The notes beneath the pieces are model-generated. The model saw nothing but the letters and a program-made list of their open reading frames with translations. It had not been told where the DNA came from and made no database searches. A program made the position numbers and the translations under genes. From a virus: DNA of 64,000 bases. Location: positions 2,984-66,983 of the IMG/VR virus record IMGVR_UViG_3300039286_000350; one strand, given 5' to 3'. Numbering within the stretch: position 1 is the stretch's first letter; each line of letters starts with the position of its first letter. Below are positions 15,603-24,639 of this stretch, piece after piece.

Positions 15603-16011
15603 CAGCCTCTTTTAGAAGTACGATCATTGAGTCCTTCGAAAGCTCCACTACAGTTTCCTTCAGGCCTGCCTCAGTCTCAGCTTCTGGAAGGTCATCAGCA
15701 AAGAAACCAACGACTATCTTTACAGCAGCACGGCGGTTATCACCTAGAGCAGGGAAGGCGCCCGCGAGAAACTCAACGTTTGGTACAGCGGGGCCAGCGT
15801 GGTACGCGCCATGCCAGGATGCTAGCATGGCTAGGTCATGTTCGTCAAGCTCCTGAATGGCATTCCCATAGTAAGCCTCCAAGGACTCGTCGGGGATCGT
15901 GTCGACCCAGGTGGTAAGGGCCTCATGGTACAGCTGGCTTCGTCCCTCTCGGGTAAGCGAAGCCGAGATTACTAGGAGAGCCTCGATTGGATCTACGAAG
16001 CAAAGGCTCAT
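15562..16011 (-). CDS. Hypothetical protein
   Basis: ATGA overlap with upstream gene. Confidence 0.6.
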   Translation of the reverse strand: MSLCFVDPIEALLVISASLTREGRSQLYHEALTTWVDTIPDESLEAYYGNAIQELDEHDLAMLASWHGAYHAGPAVPNVEFLAGAFPALGDNRRAAVKIVVGFFADDLPEAETEAGLKETVVELSKDSMIVLLKEAVDIYIWDRLGTEN

Positions 16012-16361
16012 GGTTCCTGAGTCCTCGCGTACAGCCTAGCTCTTGCAGTTGGGTCCACTGTGTCTACGGCATTCAAGGTTGCTCGGTGCGCCCGCAACGT
16101 ATCCGCCACCTCCCAACCAGTGAAATCAAGTTGTTTCCACCCCTCTGTGGTATCAACAGCTTCTCCTAGAGCACAGCGTGAACAGTCTCGATTAGGAAGT
16201 TCCCACGGATTTCCCATCTCAGTGTGGCCATTGTTGCAGATGAACCAGGTATAAGGTTCACGTGCAGTATCTAGATAGCCAAGGGTTCGCCCATGCACCG
16301 GATAAGCAGCATTCCTAAGCTTCCGCTTAGGCTTCTTTGTTGACCAGAAGGGGAATCTCAT
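16008..16361 (-). CDS. Hypothetical protein with Cys/His motif
   Basis: GGAGG RBS; CNNGH..CSRC. Confidence 0.6.
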   Translation of the reverse strand: MRFPFWSTKKPKRKLRNAAYPVHGRTLGYLDTAREPYTWFICNNGHTEMGNPWELPNRDCSRCALGEAVDTTEGWKQLDFTGWEVADTLRAHRATLNAVDTVDPTARARLYARTQEP

Positions 16362-16411
16362 GCTAGTAATCCCTCCACAAAGGAATTACTTCATGGTATA
16401 GATTCCTGTAC

Positions 16412-16651
16412 CTAGGCTACGTCAACAGTGATGACAAAATCGTCGTCATCTTTTGAGGCACCAATTGGCAACGGTTCACCTGGCTCGAAATCGATCACGG
16501 TAACATTCTCAAAGCCAGCGGAGCGGAGGCCCACTGCAACCATCTCACGTACCTTTTCCATCTCCTCAAGGGTCATCGTTATCTTCCTTTCGTGCATTGT
16601 AAGGTAGGTATGTGTCTCGCTCGCCCCATCTCGCTGGAATGAGCGAACCAT
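16412..16651 (-). CDS. Hypothetical protein
   Basis: Real start probably internal (MTLEEM). Confidence 0.5.
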   Translation of the reverse strand: MVRSFQRDGASETHTYLTMHERKITMTLEEMEKVREMVAVGLRSAGFENVTVIDFEPGEPLPIGASKDDDDFVITVDVA

Positions 16652-16850
16652 CTTCAGTCAAAATCCAATCAGAACTCTTCAGAGAATATGAGTTCTTGAT
16701 TGAGCAAACCAGTGGTTGGTCCTCTCTACCACCAACTACTATCATGGGTCCAACAAAATGCAGTCCCAAAGTCTCAACACGCAGCTTAGTAATCAACTGA
16801 GCGTCGTTTAGTTCGCTGTCCTCAAGGAATTTTATCTTAGGCATATTCAT
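16566..16850 (-). CDS. Hypothetical protein
   Basis: ATGA overlap. Confidence 0.55.
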   Translation of the reverse strand: MNMPKIKFLEDSELNDAQLITKLRVETLGLHFVGPMIVVGGREDQPLVCSIKNSYSLKSSDWILTEDGSLIPARWGERDTYLPYNARKEDNDDP

Positions 16851-17104
16851 GACGAATGTAGATATTCTTCCAGGCCTCGGCGATATCGAGCATAGCCACT
16901 CCGATAGTTGCCAATCTCTGTCTCTACAGCCTGGAGAGCCTCATCCGCATCTCTTATAGCCTCCAGCAAATGCGTTGGATCAGGCTTTGGAGGCGGCAGT
17001 TTCTTGTCATGCTCATCCTGTTTCTCAGCCAGAATGTGATCAAGTATCTTCCCCTCGATCCAATTCGAGAGACCACCTCTTCCAAGCTGGAAGTTGAGCG
17101 TCAT
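16847..17104 (-). CDS. Hypothetical protein
   Basis: Start MTLNF with ATGA overlap. Confidence 0.55.
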   Translation of the reverse strand: MTLNFQLGRGGLSNWIEGKILDHILAEKQDEHDKKLPPPKPDPTHLLEAIRDADEALQAVETEIGNYRSGYARYRRGLEEYLHSS

Positions 17105-17266
17105 TGTCCTGTATACCCGAGGGGCTTCCAAGCTCCAGTCTGCCACCAGTACTTCACGCGTCGCCACATTTCTGGCCCCTTGCTCATCATCTCTATTGTG
17201 TTGTCAGATGCCATCGCTTCGGAGAGGAGCCACAGGTAACGTGTGCGAAGTGCAGAATCCATCACG

Positions 17267-17294
17267 AAAAGAGCCCCATCTTTCAGGGGCTCTG
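17267..17294 (-). terminator. Intrinsic terminator
   Basis: AGAGCCCC TGAAAGAT GGGGCTCT TTT. Confidence 0.7.
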
Positions 17295-17398
17295 TTTCTT
17301 GCTTTGGAGGAGTGAGGTGAGGGGACCGGATGAGCCGGAGGAGGCTCGTTGATCAGGGTTCCAGTGACCTTTCCTTGTAAGAGTACTATCGGTCTCCA

Positions 17399-17632
17399 TT
17401 ACAAGGACTTTAGTGGGGTAAAGGTCAGGGTGCGGTTGTGCTTATAGAGTCCCATCGCGGTTGCAGCAGAACGAACTGCCCGTTTGGCCCGTATTGGACC
17501 CGTATCACAAACACCAAGGGTTAACCAAGGGATGGTGATGATACCGGGTACTTCATTAGAAGGTAGGTTAACCTTGCCCTTCTGGCTACCTTGGACTCGG
17601 AAGATGTAGAGTTTGGGGGTCTTGTCAGCCAC
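17399..17632 (-). CDS. Hypothetical protein
   Basis: Operon packing. Confidence 0.55.
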   Translation of the reverse strand: MADKTPKLYIFRVQGSQKGKVNLPSNEVPGIITIPWLTLGVCDTGPIRAKRAVRSAATAMGLYKHNRTLTFTPLKSL

Positions 17633-18092
17633 TAAGCAAAGCAGTCTTTGTGTAAGGACGAAGCATTGAGGCTAGCTCCATCAAATCATATACAATGGTC
17701 CGGGATGGCATCACAAGACGGGTCTGGATCTCAACGTCGACTCGACGTTTATAATCAGGATGGACGCCAATGAGAATTAGCTTGCCTGAATTTTGCCACA
17801 TGCCAAGCTCGTATAGAGTGATCGGGCACAACGTCTCCTTCGGGAACCAGAAAGATATCACGTCACAACGATGGAGCCACCTGAACTCCCATTCAATCTG
17901 CTCAACTGACATGCTAGGATCTCTGACATCGAAGTGATCGCGTCGTGGGTTCGCGATGGTTAGGTCATCATCTTCGTCCTTGAGTGCAGCAATGACATCA
18001 GCTTGCCAGTCAGGGCAGTCGGTGATTCCGCCGGCTAGAAACACGGACTCACGCGCCACCTGGCCTTGCTGTTCTGGGGTGATTACGTTCAT
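17625..18092 (-). CDS. Nucleoside 2-deoxyribosyltransferase-like protein
   Basis: SVFLAGGI..DWQ, ANPRR, QIEWE, FWFP..CPITLYELG. Confidence 0.85.
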   Translation of the reverse strand: MNVITPEQQGQVARESVFLAGGITDCPDWQADVIAALKDEDDDLTIANPRRDHFDVRDPSMSVEQIEWEFRWLHRCDVISFWFPKETLCPITLYELGMWQNSGKLILIGVHPDYKRRVDVEIQTRLVMPSRTIVYDLMELASMLRPYTKTALLSG

Positions 18093-18439
18093 GAACTTTG
18101 TATCCCTATGACCTTGGCTGCTGCAATCATACCACGAGCTGTAGGCGGTATGATGACAGGGAAGCCCTCATTGTGGAGGATGGCAGAGGCTACATTGCAG
18201 ACCCATTCGACCTGGATCTCACGGTAGCGCTGCTTCCAGTAGCCATCTGATTCTTTCGCTTCCTTAGTTGCGTCATGTTCAGCAGCCAGTAGTTCTCGTA
18301 GGCCCATAGCTGTGAGACCACGACAGGCGTTGAAGCCATCAATGGACCCCTCAAGCTTGTCGGAGCCCTCCTTGAAGTCTTTGACGACAGAGCGGAGGCC
18401 CATCTCAATGATCTGTTCGAGGGCATCTTCTAGATTCAT
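18089..18439 (-). CDS. Hypothetical protein
   Basis: ATGA overlap. Confidence 0.6.
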   Translation of the reverse strand: MNLEDALEQIIEMGLRSVVKDFKEGSDKLEGSIDGFNACRGLTAMGLRELLAAEHDATKEAKESDGYWKQRYREIQVEWVCNVASAILHNEGFPVIIPPTARGMIAAAKVIGIQSS

Positions 18440-18442
18440 AGT

Positions 18443-18643
18443 CTACGGACCATCGTGTGCTCTTTTCAGGTCTTCTGCTGCCAAAACCTTCCTGCTCCAG
18501 CGGCGGCCAGAGCGCTCTACTCTTGCTTTAGCCTTTTCCAGAACAGCTCTCAGTTCATCGTCTGACGAGTTGAAATCAGAGCCGTACCTCTGTAGAAGCA
18601 TAGAACGGAGGTCAGCAACCTCACGATCAGGATCCCAAGTCAT
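18443..18643 (-). CDS. Hypothetical protein
   Basis: TAATG overlap. Confidence 0.55.
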   Translation of the reverse strand: MTWDPDREVADLRSMLLQRYGSDFNSSDDELRAVLEKAKARVERSGRRWSRKVLAAEDLKRAHDGP

Positions 18644-18780
18644 TAAGATCCTTTTCGGAAAAGCTTCCAGCGGCCCATAAACTTGCAGCCGGGACAGTGG
18701 TCAGGGAGGGGAAGATTAGTCTTATACCCACACGTGCGGCATTCGTGAATCTCTCCATGCTTGTCGGTGACGCCGGTCAC
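18643..18780 (-). CDS. Rubredoxin-like micro zinc-finger protein (45 aa)
   Basis: HECRTCGY..DHCPGC; fills the gap exactly. Confidence 0.6.
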   Translation of the reverse strand: MTGVTDKHGEIHECRTCGYKTNLPLPDHCPGCKFMGRWKLFRKGS

Positions 18781-19142
18781 GACTGCTCATCCAGTTTGTC
18801 CTTCATCAGAAGCATGGCAGCAAGGAAGAGCTTAGTGTTGGTTGCCACTAATATAGAGACAACCACTTTCCTCAGTGTGAGTCCGGCAGAGCTACTCGGT
18901 GGAATGCCAATCTGGTCAAGAGATACACTAAACGCCTCGTCAGAGCTCTCAGCCGTCTGATTAATAGTCCCCAGCAACTCATCACGGTTGAACCCAAAGC
19001 GCTCTGCAATGAGCTCAATGATTGATTCTAGATCCATCACGTCATCACCTTCGACGATGCCAATCTCTATAGCACGGTTCAGAGCATCAGTAAGGGTGCC
19101 AGGCTCAAAGATTAGGTCAGTCATCGGCGGACGGGTTCCCAA
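18777..19142 (-). CDS. Hypothetical protein
   Basis: Operon packing. Confidence 0.55.
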   Translation of the reverse strand: MGTRPPMTDLIFEPGTLTDALNRAIEIGIVEGDDVMDLESIIELIAERFGFNRDELLGTINQTAESSDEAFSVSLDQIGIPPSSSAGLTLRKVVVSILVATNTKLFLAAMLLMKDKLDEQS

Positions 19143-19372
19143 TCTCGAGCAATCAGGTGGTTGCGAATGTAGTCAGAGGCTGCAAGTCGGTCGGGGAACT
19201 GCATGGCATAAGTGACACTCGTGGTGGACAATGGGCCGTTTCCGTCGTCGGGCTTCTGGAAGTAGAACTCGAAGGTCGTTCTTCTATCTCGACCACGTCT
19301 GGTCTTGCAACAAAGTAGGACGAAACGTCCCTTTTCCGCTTTCTCACGGATCTTCCAGGATTCGTCACTCAT
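19121..19372 (-). CDS. Hypothetical protein
   Basis: ATGA overlap. Confidence 0.55.
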   Translation of the reverse strand: MSDESWKIREKAEKGRFVLLCCKTRRGRDRRTTFEFYFQKPDDGNGPLSTTSVTYAMQFPDRLAASDYIRNHLIARDWEPVRR

Positions 19373-19623
19373 ATCCAGTCCTTGGATCTGGCATTCCTAA
19401 GTTCATTCCAGAGAATGTATCCGATTAGGCCAAGCGTGGCTCCAATCACAACGAGAGACATGCCATAGAATAGGTAAGCCCAGGGGAAGCCGACAAACCT
19501 AGCGATCACATTGAGGAGAAAGGCAACGCCAGAGAAGGCGAGGATAATCCCCATCTTGAGCACGATCAAGGCCGCGTCGTGCTTGTAAGGTGGAAGTGAG
19601 TCGATCCACTCAAGTAGTCTCAT
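19369..19623 (-). CDS. Small membrane protein (2 TM)
   Basis: Two hydrophobic segments. Confidence 0.6.
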   Translation of the reverse strand: MRLLEWIDSLPPYKHDAALIVLKMGIILAFSGVAFLLNVIARFVGFPWAYLFYGMSLVVIGATLGLIGYILWNELRNARSKDWI

Positions 19624-19799
19624 GTGTTCTCATTCAAATGGTCAAAGGTCGCTTCAGTCTTCGATTCGCCCTTGCGGGCAGAGCAATTGCCGTCGCAGTC
19701 ACATTCGGATCCACCAAGCATTCCAGGAGGTGGGAGCTGCTTGCCCGCGCAGAGGTCATGCATTCCTCGCTGACAGGCTTGGCAAGTGTAGCGCAGCAT
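19620..19799 (-). CDS. Cys-rich micro-protein (59 aa)
   Basis: CQAC..HDLC..CDC..C; TAATG and ATGA overlaps. Confidence 0.6.
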   Translation of the reverse strand: MLRYTCQACQRGMHDLCAGKQLPPPGMLGGSECDCDGNCSARKGESKTEATFDHLNENT

Positions 19800-19913
19800 T
19801 AGTCGGTCACTTCTTTAAGCTCTCGTTCAAGACGTTTGATTCTATCGTTGTAAAGCACCTTGTTGCAAGTCAGGGTGCGTTTACGGCCCAGCTTAGCAAG
19901 CTCTAGCTCCTGC

Positions 19914-20120
19914 TCAATTATCTTTTTGGTTCGCCACCGATCGGTCGTGGTGCTCATTGCTCACCACTTTCCTTATCGCCCAGTGAATTACCCATGCAAG
20001 TGGTACTCCTAGAACAACCAGGTCTACATACCAGACTCCATAGATTATAGGCAATGCCAAGACGCCCCACATAAGCAACCCGACAATCACCAATACGCCA
20101 TAAGCGAAGAATCGGCTCAT
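19914..20120 (-). CDS. Small membrane protein
   Basis: Hydrophobic; ATGA overlap. Confidence 0.55.
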   Translation of the reverse strand: MSRFFAYGVLVIVGLLMWGVLALPIIYGVWYVDLVVLGVPLAWVIHWAIRKVVSNEHHDRSVANQKDN

Positions 20121-20440
20121 GACCGCCTTGCATTCAGTACGCCGAAGAAACCGCGAAATCCACCAAGCCTGAACGCGTCTCTAAGAGGACAGTGAGGGTT
20201 GTACGCGCCATTCAAATTCAACGAATCACGGAGGACAGGCTCTGATATTGAGAAGACCTCCACTGTTAGGTCACCATCCCTCATTTCTTCTAGAGCATTT
20301 CTGTAGTGACGCCGTGCCTCATCTTCGTCTTCTTCCGGGCGTCCAAGTTCCCAGCTCATCTGCCGGCCACGTTGGAACGCCTCCTCAAACAGGTCAGGGT
20401 TGGCAAGCAACTCAGCAGCGTGTTCGTGTGGCTGGCTCAT
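20117..20440 (-). CDS. Hypothetical protein
   Basis: ATGA overlap. Confidence 0.55.
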   Translation of the reverse strand: MSQPHEHAAELLANPDLFEEAFQRGRQMSWELGRPEEDEDEARRHYRNALEEMRDGDLTVEVFSISEPVLRDSLNLNGAYNPHCPLRDAFRLGGFRGFFGVLNARRS

Positions 20441-20622
20441 GGTCTATAACCTGGGAGTCGCCAGACTATCTCTAGAGGGCCAATGTCGATGCCGAAGAGC
20501 GTCCGGTTTGACGGATCCGACCAGAAGCCAAAGGTCCACTTGAGCCACTTCCAGTCAATGTCAGGTCTCCATCTACTCGGCATCATGCCATAGGTCCTTT
20601 GTGAGCCAAATGCCAACGCCAA
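20437..20622 (-). CDS. Hypothetical protein
   Basis: Operon packing. Confidence 0.45.
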   Translation of the reverse strand: MALAFGSQRTYGMMPSRWRPDIDWKWLKWTFGFWSDPSNRTLFGIDIGPLEIVWRLPGYRP

Positions 20623-20911
20623 AGAGCTTAGGGTTCATGATCGAGCTAGTTATGTGCCAATCGCGAGGCCAGGACAGGGAGGGCTCGATAGTGGTGCGGC
20701 CGATCTGGATGCGGAGGCCCCAGCCTCTCATTTCTCCAACCCGAAAGTCTTGGCCATCTCTTTGCCAAGGCGTTTCATCTCTTCGATCTCCTCTTTCTGC
20801 CAGTAAAACGCCTTCAGAGGAAATCGTGTCCTGAACCATTGTGGGACAAGGTTGAAGAGCCAATCGAGCTTAGCTGGTACGATCATAAGTCTAGGGTGAG
20901 AACTAGTCCCA

Positions 20912-21022
20912 TCACTTTGCAATCCATTCATGACCACAAGTTAGGCATTGCCAATACAACGTCGCCTTTCGGGTGTCGTTGCCGCGGCAACTAGGACAAA
21001 CCACATTTAGTGCAAGTACCAT
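20912..21022 (-). CDS. Micro zinc-ribbon protein (36 aa)
   Basis: CPSC..WQCLTCGHEW; TGATG overlap. Confidence 0.6.
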   Translation of the reverse strand: MVLALNVVCPSCRGNDTRKATLYWQCLTCGHEWIAK

Positions 21023-21366
21023 CAGACCCTCACGTCCTGGCGGTCGGCAATCTCTAGGAGAGCGTCCACGTCTGTGTGAGAATTGTAGACAGCGACACCC
21101 CGATATTTGAAATCCTCTCGGGCCTCATGCTCAATCGCAGTGAGAACTGCCTTGAGCGCTGTAGAGACGATCTCACTCTTGACCATATGACGAGACAGTA
21201 GCCACTTGCGGCCATGCTGTTTTCCCCACACTCCAGTGTCAGAGTCAGGAGCTGTGAACTGAACCTGCAGAACTGGTAGACCGGTCGTGTCGAGGCGGAG
21301 GACGATGGCCCAGTCCTTGTACTCGATCTCATCAAGGATCTCTTGTATGTCATTGTCTGTGAGCAT
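21022..21366 (-). CDS. Conserved phage hypothetical protein
   Basis: QHGRKWLLS..SEIV.TALKAV..EHEAREDFKY pattern familiar from phage genomes. Confidence 0.65.
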   Translation of the reverse strand: MLTDNDIQEILDEIEYKDWAIVLRLDTTGLPVLQVQFTAPDSDTGVWGKQHGRKWLLSRHMVKSEIVSTALKAVLTAIEHEAREDFKYRGVAVYNSHTDVDALLEIADRQDVRV

Positions 21367-21629
21367 CAGTCAGACGGTGGTACTTGGTCGTCGGGTTCTA
21401 GCCTGTTCTGATACGCCTTGACAGAATAACGGGGCCAGAAGCCGGGGAGACGTTCTACTTTGAGGTGGTAACTCGGTATTGTAGGGGAATGTCTGTGGGC
21501 GATGTTCAGTGCTCTGGACTCGAACCAATAAGTTCCGAGGTCCTCAACCTCCTCGTCCGTTCTGACGACACGGTTTCCGAAGTAGTTGTCTCCTGGATAC
21601 CGCCTACAGTCGATGACGATCGCGGTCAT
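21366..21629 (-). CDS. Hypothetical protein
   Basis: Start/stop overlaps. Confidence 0.55.
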   Translation of the reverse strand: MTAIVIDCRRYPGDNYFGNRVVRTDEEVEDLGTYWFESRALNIAHRHSPTIPSYHLKVERLPGFWPRYSVKAYQNRLEPDDQVPPSD

Positions 21630-21919
21630 GTAGCCACCTTGGGTATGATCAATCCGATTGGTGGGTCTTGTACTTCTCCGAGAATCACTCTATGAAGAGC
21701 ACCAGTCTCCGCCCAGACCACGAACTCCAGATGGTCAGGTGCCTCACCAATCACGTAAGGGACGGAAGGTTTGACATTGATTATAAGCCAAGGATTTGTC
21801 TTTGTGAGCTTAACAGTGAACTCCCACTGCAATCCAAGGTCGATCTTCTCCAGCTGCATCCACACCTCGACGGCATGAATAGCATCATCAATCGATATCT
21901 TCTCAGGCAGAACGGTCAT
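21626..21919 (-). CDS. Hypothetical protein
   Basis: ATGA overlap. Confidence 0.55.
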   Translation of the reverse strand: MTVLPEKISIDDAIHAVEVWMQLEKIDLGLQWEFTVKLTKTNPWLIINVKPSVPYVIGEAPDHLEFVVWAETGALHRVILGEVQDPPIGLIIPKVAT

Positions 21920-22245
21920 TGCTTCACCGCTTTTAGTGCAGCCTCAATCTCGTGACGAACCTCGACAATGTCCCCTTCAGAGCACGTCTCTGACAGGGCG
22001 AGGGCGCCAGCTCGACACGCCTCATCTGAGAGGAGGGCGGACGGGGAAGTTATAAGCCCACGGCTGAGAAGGTTGCGCACGGTTGAGAGCATCGTCTCAC
22101 GGTTCTCTGCTGGCAGCTCCTCGAAGGTGATTCGGCTTGCCTTCTGCGTCTCCCAACCCTCTTGCGCGGCTTGCACCTCATACTCATCATGGAAGGCACG
22201 AGCAAGGTCTTCGACCAGTTTGTCGCGGTCTGGGAGAGCAGTCAT
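21916..22245 (-). CDS. RyR-domain-like small protein
   Basis: LARAFHDEY..W..FEELPAENRE. Confidence 0.5.
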   Translation of the reverse strand: MTALPDRDKLVEDLARAFHDEYEVQAAQEGWETQKASRITFEELPAENRETMLSTVRNLLSRGLITSPSALLSDEACRAGALALSETCSEGDIVEVRHEIEAALKAVKQ

Positions 22246-22646
22246 TTATCGTCTTCCTCGCGTCTCTTTATCTCTGCCTTCGCCATGTCAACGCAAGCTT
22301 GGGAAGAGCGGTGCATTGCAGAGTCAGGTCGAGCCTTGTCTCGGTTCCGTTCGGCCTCGATCACTAGCTCCTCTGGGTTGGCATGTCCTTGACACCACGC
22401 AAAGTTGATCTTGTAGTTCTCGATGGCCGCCCCTATCTCATGGGTTAGAGCAGCACCAGAAGGTGAGAAGGGCATGATCGCAGCGTAGCAGTTGTTGCAG
22501 ACGATCGTGTCAGTGCTGGGATCATAGGTGCCATCCCCTGCCGGCGGTTCGTGCTCCGATGCAGGTTTACCATGGAGACAACCAGGGTAAATGTTAGCAC
22601 GACACTTGATGAGCGTTATAGTGGAATCAGACATGTTCTGGACCAA
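22242..22646 (-). CDS. Hypothetical protein with Cys motifs
   Basis: Operon packing. Confidence 0.55.
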   Translation of the reverse strand: MVQNMSDSTITLIKCRANIYPGCLHGKPASEHEPPAGDGTYDPSTDTIVCNNCYAAIMPFSPSGAALTHEIGAAIENYKINFAWCQGHANPEELVIEAERNRDKARPDSAMHRSSQACVDMAKAEIKRREEDDK

Positions 22647-22863
22647 CCGTATGTCGGGGGTTTACCTTGACTATCCTACCGTCGAGTGTCTCTATATACT
22701 CCCCCGGACAATTGGGACAAGTCATCTTGCCACGGATTCCACCAAGTCTGAGGCGTCCACCGCCCATCTCATGGCCTCCGAACATGTTGCCGCAGACGGG
22801 ACACGGAAGCCAGAAGTAGCCGTTGGCCTTCGCGTAGAGATAGCTGTACCAGCGAAGCTGCAT
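22627..22863 (-). CDS. Small zinc-ribbon protein
   Basis: CPVCG..CPNC; TAATG overlap. Confidence 0.55.
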   Translation of the reverse strand: MQLRWYSYLYAKANGYFWLPCPVCGNMFGGHEMGGGRLRLGGIRGKMTCPNCPGEYIETLDGRIVKVNPRHTVGPEHV

Positions 22864-22973
22864 TATTGCCGGTGGCCTCTCAATGGCGTTCCACACTTCT
22901 CACATTTCGTGTTCGCCGTTGCGTACTGCATGGGAAGGTCTTGTGATCCTTTACAGCGGTCGCAGAGATGCAT
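22863..22973 (-). CDS. Micro zinc-finger protein (36 aa)
   Basis: CDRC..CEKCG. Confidence 0.5.
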   Translation of the reverse strand: MHLCDRCKGSQDLPMQYATANTKCEKCGTPLRGHRQ

Positions 22974-23013
22974 GTTAGAGGCTGTGCCAGTGTAGCCTGG
23001 GCGGGGATCCACC

Positions 23014-23220
23014 CTAGTAATACATCTTGATGTCTAGGTCCCCACTTATCTGCATCAACTCCAGCATCTTGTCCAGCTTCGCGCGGGCCTGCTCTGGAGT
23101 CTCACCGAAGACGGCCACACGGAAGAACGGGGAGATCACGTCTAGGTCCTTTCGGACCGTGACACTTCCACCGTCGGTCTTCGTGCTGATCTCAAACTCA
23201 TGTAGTGTGATGGTGGGCAT
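23014..23220 (-). CDS. Hypothetical protein
   Basis: Strong RBS GAGGAGGTG. Confidence 0.65.
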   Translation of the reverse strand: MPTITLHEFEISTKTDGGSVTVRKDLDVISPFFRVAVFGETPEQARAKLDKMLELMQISGDLDIKMYY

Positions 23221-23283
23221 GGTTCACCTCCTCTCTTTCACTACTTATATCGGGTTTGACACAAGCAGTGAATGTGAGAGTGG

Positions 23284-23553
23284 TCACGTTCTTCGTTCCC
23301 TTACTGCTGCAACTGTGCCGCCAAACCATCTATCAGCACCAGGAACGCCCTTGCAAGCCTCTTCGAACACATCGGCCGCATGGTTAGCCCAGAACAACGG
23401 CTTTCCCTTCATGTTCTCATCCGTAAGCTGAGACCGCATGAACGATAGTAGAGCCATCCTCAACCCTACCTTCTGGTCTTCGCTCAAAAGGAGCTCGCCG
23501 ATTAGGAAAGGAGCAGAGTTAACTCTCTTCCTTTCAGGTTTAGTGGTCGCCAT
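23284..23553 (-). CDS. Hypothetical protein
   Basis: TAATG overlap. Confidence 0.55.
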   Translation of the reverse strand: MATTKPERKRVNSAPFLIGELLLSEDQKVGLRMALLSFMRSQLTDENMKGKPLFWANHAADVFEEACKGVPGADRWFGGTVAAVRERRT

Positions 23554-23825
23554 TACTCAGTGCGATTGGTGTGAGACGTCCAGGCGAGACCAACTACTGG
23601 CGCCCCTTCTCTGCACTCCGGTTTGTCGTTGCAATAACGGACGTTTGCAGTGATGAACTTGCTATCAGCGGACTTGACCGAGTAAACGGAGATGTCAGCG
23701 TCATCGCGCTCAGCACCGCAGACGTGGCATTTCCACGTTAGGTTAAGAGGCATCGGGAGGCTTGAGCTTACCACAATGGGTGCACACTGAGTATCCGTTG
23801 CCTTGGACGGAAGGAGTATCCTCAA
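23553..23825 (-). CDS. Small zinc-binding protein
   Basis: WKCHVCG..YCND..C; start uncertain. Confidence 0.5.
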   Translation of the reverse strand: MRILLPSKATDTQCAPIVVSSSLPMPLNLTWKCHVCGAERDDADISVYSVKSADSKFITANVRYCNDKPECREGAPVVGLAWTSHTNRTE

Positions 23826-24036
23826 TCTTTACGAAATTGTGAGAGCACGCATCTTGGATGACGTGATGGTAACGGGCTAGTAGCTTCTCCGTCAGAGACT
23901 TCAGGCGTTTATTGACCTCCTTGCGGGACTGAGGAGGCAGTTTCTCGATCAGCTGAGGGAGGCGGTCGACCATACGCTCAAGGTACTTTGCCGCCTTGAC
24001 AATGGCGCGCGCGTCGTGTCGGGGGTCCTTGTTCAT
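23743..24036 (-). CDS. Hypothetical protein
   Basis: ATGA overlap; CSH..CTHCG. Confidence 0.5.
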   Translation of the reverse strand: MNKDPRHDARAIVKAAKYLERMVDRLPQLIEKLPPQSRKEVNKRLKSLTEKLLARYHHVIQDACSHNFVKIEDTPSVQGNGYSVCTHCGKLKPPDAS

Positions 24037-24167
24037 GCTCTCTTCCTGTGGCAGCTACAGATACACATCACTTTGATTCTCTTGTCTGCGTCGTCCCAAA
24101 TGTAACCATAGCCAGGACAAAGTCCGTGCCGTGTGATCTGGCAGAAGTTCCCTGCTTCCTGGGTCAT
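24033..24167 (-). CDS. Cys/His micro-protein (44 aa)
   Basis: C..HGLC..CICSCH. Confidence 0.5.
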   Translation of the reverse strand: MTQEAGNFCQITRHGLCPGYGYIWDDADKRIKVMCICSCHRKRA

Positions 24168-24639
24168 AACCCACTCTTCCTTAGCGCTCTGTTAAACGCC
24201 AAAATGAATAGGAGAATGGCAGGACACAGGAACCACAAGGAAATCAGACCACCTGCGGTGAGCACACAGATTATTACCATCAGTATTCCAGCGGTGAGGT
24301 ACAGTCTCATGTGTACGACCTTAGTGCCTGTCCGAACGCAAGACATGTTATAGACACTGCAACAAAGTAGATAACCTGGTGGTCTCTTGGGTTGGTGCCA
24401 AGTTTGGACACCGCGCCAAGATGCAACCTGATAGCGAAGTAGGTCCAGGGTAGAGACAATATGGCGAAGAAGATGGCGACGTCCATACTCAGTAAGCAGG
24501 GCAGAGAATGGTTGAGAGAAGCAAGGCCACGAAGATGACAACGAAGACGGAGGCTACAGAGATGACAATGCAGCGCTCAACGTCTGGGCGAATTGCTGGA
24601 TCTAGCGCCCGCTTCCTATGATCTGGATGCATGGCCTTC

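Noticed and set aside
9165-18092. 2-aminoadenine (Z) genome pathway
   Set aside because: MazG-like genes are present, but no PurZ or DatZ is recognisable in the window
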